A stretch of DNA of 64,000 bases, from positions 2,850 to 66,849 of the forward strand of contig JAFUXF010000012.1 of the NCBI GenBank assembly GCA_017477185.1, given 5' to 3'. Origin of the DNA: Alphaproteobacteria bacterium. GTDB lineage: Bacteria; Pseudomonadota; Alphaproteobacteria; RF32; CAG-239. Position 1 is the stretch's first letter. The number at the start of each line of letters is the position of its first letter. The position numbers were made by a program, and so were the translations under genes. Below the pieces are notes generated by a model. That model was not told the origin of the DNA. It worked only from the letters and a program-made list of their open reading frames with translations, and ran no database searches. This document shows positions 63,187 through 64,000 of the stretch, piece after piece.

Positions 63187-63969
63187 ATGAAAAAATTTAT
63201 ATTGTGCTTATTGTTTTTTTTATTTTCTACCAATCAAACACAGGCTTATCAAATCATTCATAACGCCACCGCTTTTCTTGGTCCGTTTAATGCCAGTGAT
63301 GCGAGTTTTAAATATGATATAACACCTCAATCATACCTCATTCAAACCAACATAAAAACCAATAATGTTTTCGGAGCTTTATATCCCTTTGCTGCTGAAT
63401 ACAAAACAACCGGCAATATTAACCATAACAAATTTATAACAACAAGCTACAAATCTAATTCTAAATCTCGCTTCAACACACGTTCAAAGGAAATGTTTTA
63501 TGATAATAACGGCAAACCCATTTACAGAATGAGCAATAAAAATAGTTCTAATCAAAAAAAAGTTGAAATATTACCTCCGCCGGATAATATTCATACAACC
63601 GATCTCCAGACTGTTTTGGCTGAAATGATTGTTCAGTACACAAATATGAATTTTTGCAAAGCGCGTTTGCATGTTTTTGACGGTAAGAAAAATTTCGATA
63701 TTGTTTTTAATGATGAAGGTAAGGAAACTCTTTCCCCAAACGAATATTCTCCATATGAAGGAACTGCCGCAAAATGTTCTTTCTATGCCGATGATTTAGG
63801 ACAAAATCATGACGATTTAATTTTTCAAATAACCCCTGACAATCCCTTTTACGTTTGGATACTAAAAGATAAAAAAAGCAACCGCCCCTTTATTGCCAAA
63901 TTAGAAAAACCATCAACCATTCTCGGTAAACTAACCGTTTATACCCAAAATATAGAAATTAAGGACTAA
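63187..63969 (+). CDS. secreted hypothetical protein (DUF3108-like, tentative)
   Basis: Signal peptide MKKFILCLLFFLFSTNQTQA followed by a beta-rich sequence. The family assignment is not verified. Confidence 0.5.
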   Translation: MKKFILCLLFFLFSTNQTQAYQIIHNATAFLGPFNASDASFKYDITPQSYLIQTNIKTNNVFGALYPFAAEYKTTGNINHNKFITTSYKSNSKSRFNTRSKEMFYDNNGKPIYRMSNKNSSNQKKVEILPPPDNIHTTDLQTVLAEMIVQYTNMNFCKARLHVFDGKKNFDIVFNDEGKETLSPNEYSPYEGTAAKCSFYADDLGQNHDDLIFQITPDNPFYVWILKDKKSNRPFIAKLEKPSTILGKLTVYTQNIEIKD

Positions 63970-64000
63970 AAATGTTAGATAAAGCTGAATTATTACTGCC

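Overview
The window is 64 kb of AT-rich sequence. Gene content suggests a host-associated alphaproteobacterium: a Mic60-like protein, ankyrin repeats, a giant Pmp-type autotransporter, and a conserved mreBCD-mrdA-rodA / tsaD / nth / aroK / xerD backbone. This taxonomic call is an inference, not a database result.

(1) About 0.55-23.5 kb is a genomic island of roughly 22.7 kb at tRNA-Gln(UUG). It is bounded by a perfect 20-bp direct repeat (803-822 and 23490-23509). It carries a large serine recombinase whose ORF reads antisense through the tRNA, plus a replication and regulation module, unknown cargo and an ankyrin gene. It also carries a co-directional minus-strand defence array:
- a WYL regulator with a PD-(D/E)XK nuclease;
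- a DUF262 / DUF3696-type ATPase / unknown third-gene operon;
- an HTH-fused C5-methyltransferase with a putative restriction enzyme;
- a tightly coupled GHKL-ATPase / STAS-like / single-TM three-gene module that I cannot assign to any named system. This is my best candidate for an undescribed system;
- a DUF4143 ATPase.
Two secreted proteins (one lysozyme-like, one Cys-rich repeat protein) sit at the right end of the island. Several GC-rich structured non-coding elements lie in and beside the island.

(2) 23.5-28.3 kb is a second accessory block with no integrase. It holds a Fic protein, a second DUF3768 paralog and a truncated methyltransferase-like ORF.

(3) 28.3-40.3 kb holds a lipoprotein hydrolase and a 3716-aa autotransporter with three roughly 1000-aa internal modules.

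(4) 40.8-64 kb is mostly core genome, with several oddities:
- a serine-recombinase fragment abutting a 5'-truncated guanine deaminase;
- a Prs-like gene remnant;
- an archaeal/eukaryotic-type ADP-dependent sugar kinase;
- a dispersed palindromic repeat family.

No rRNA genes or CRISPR arrays were seen.
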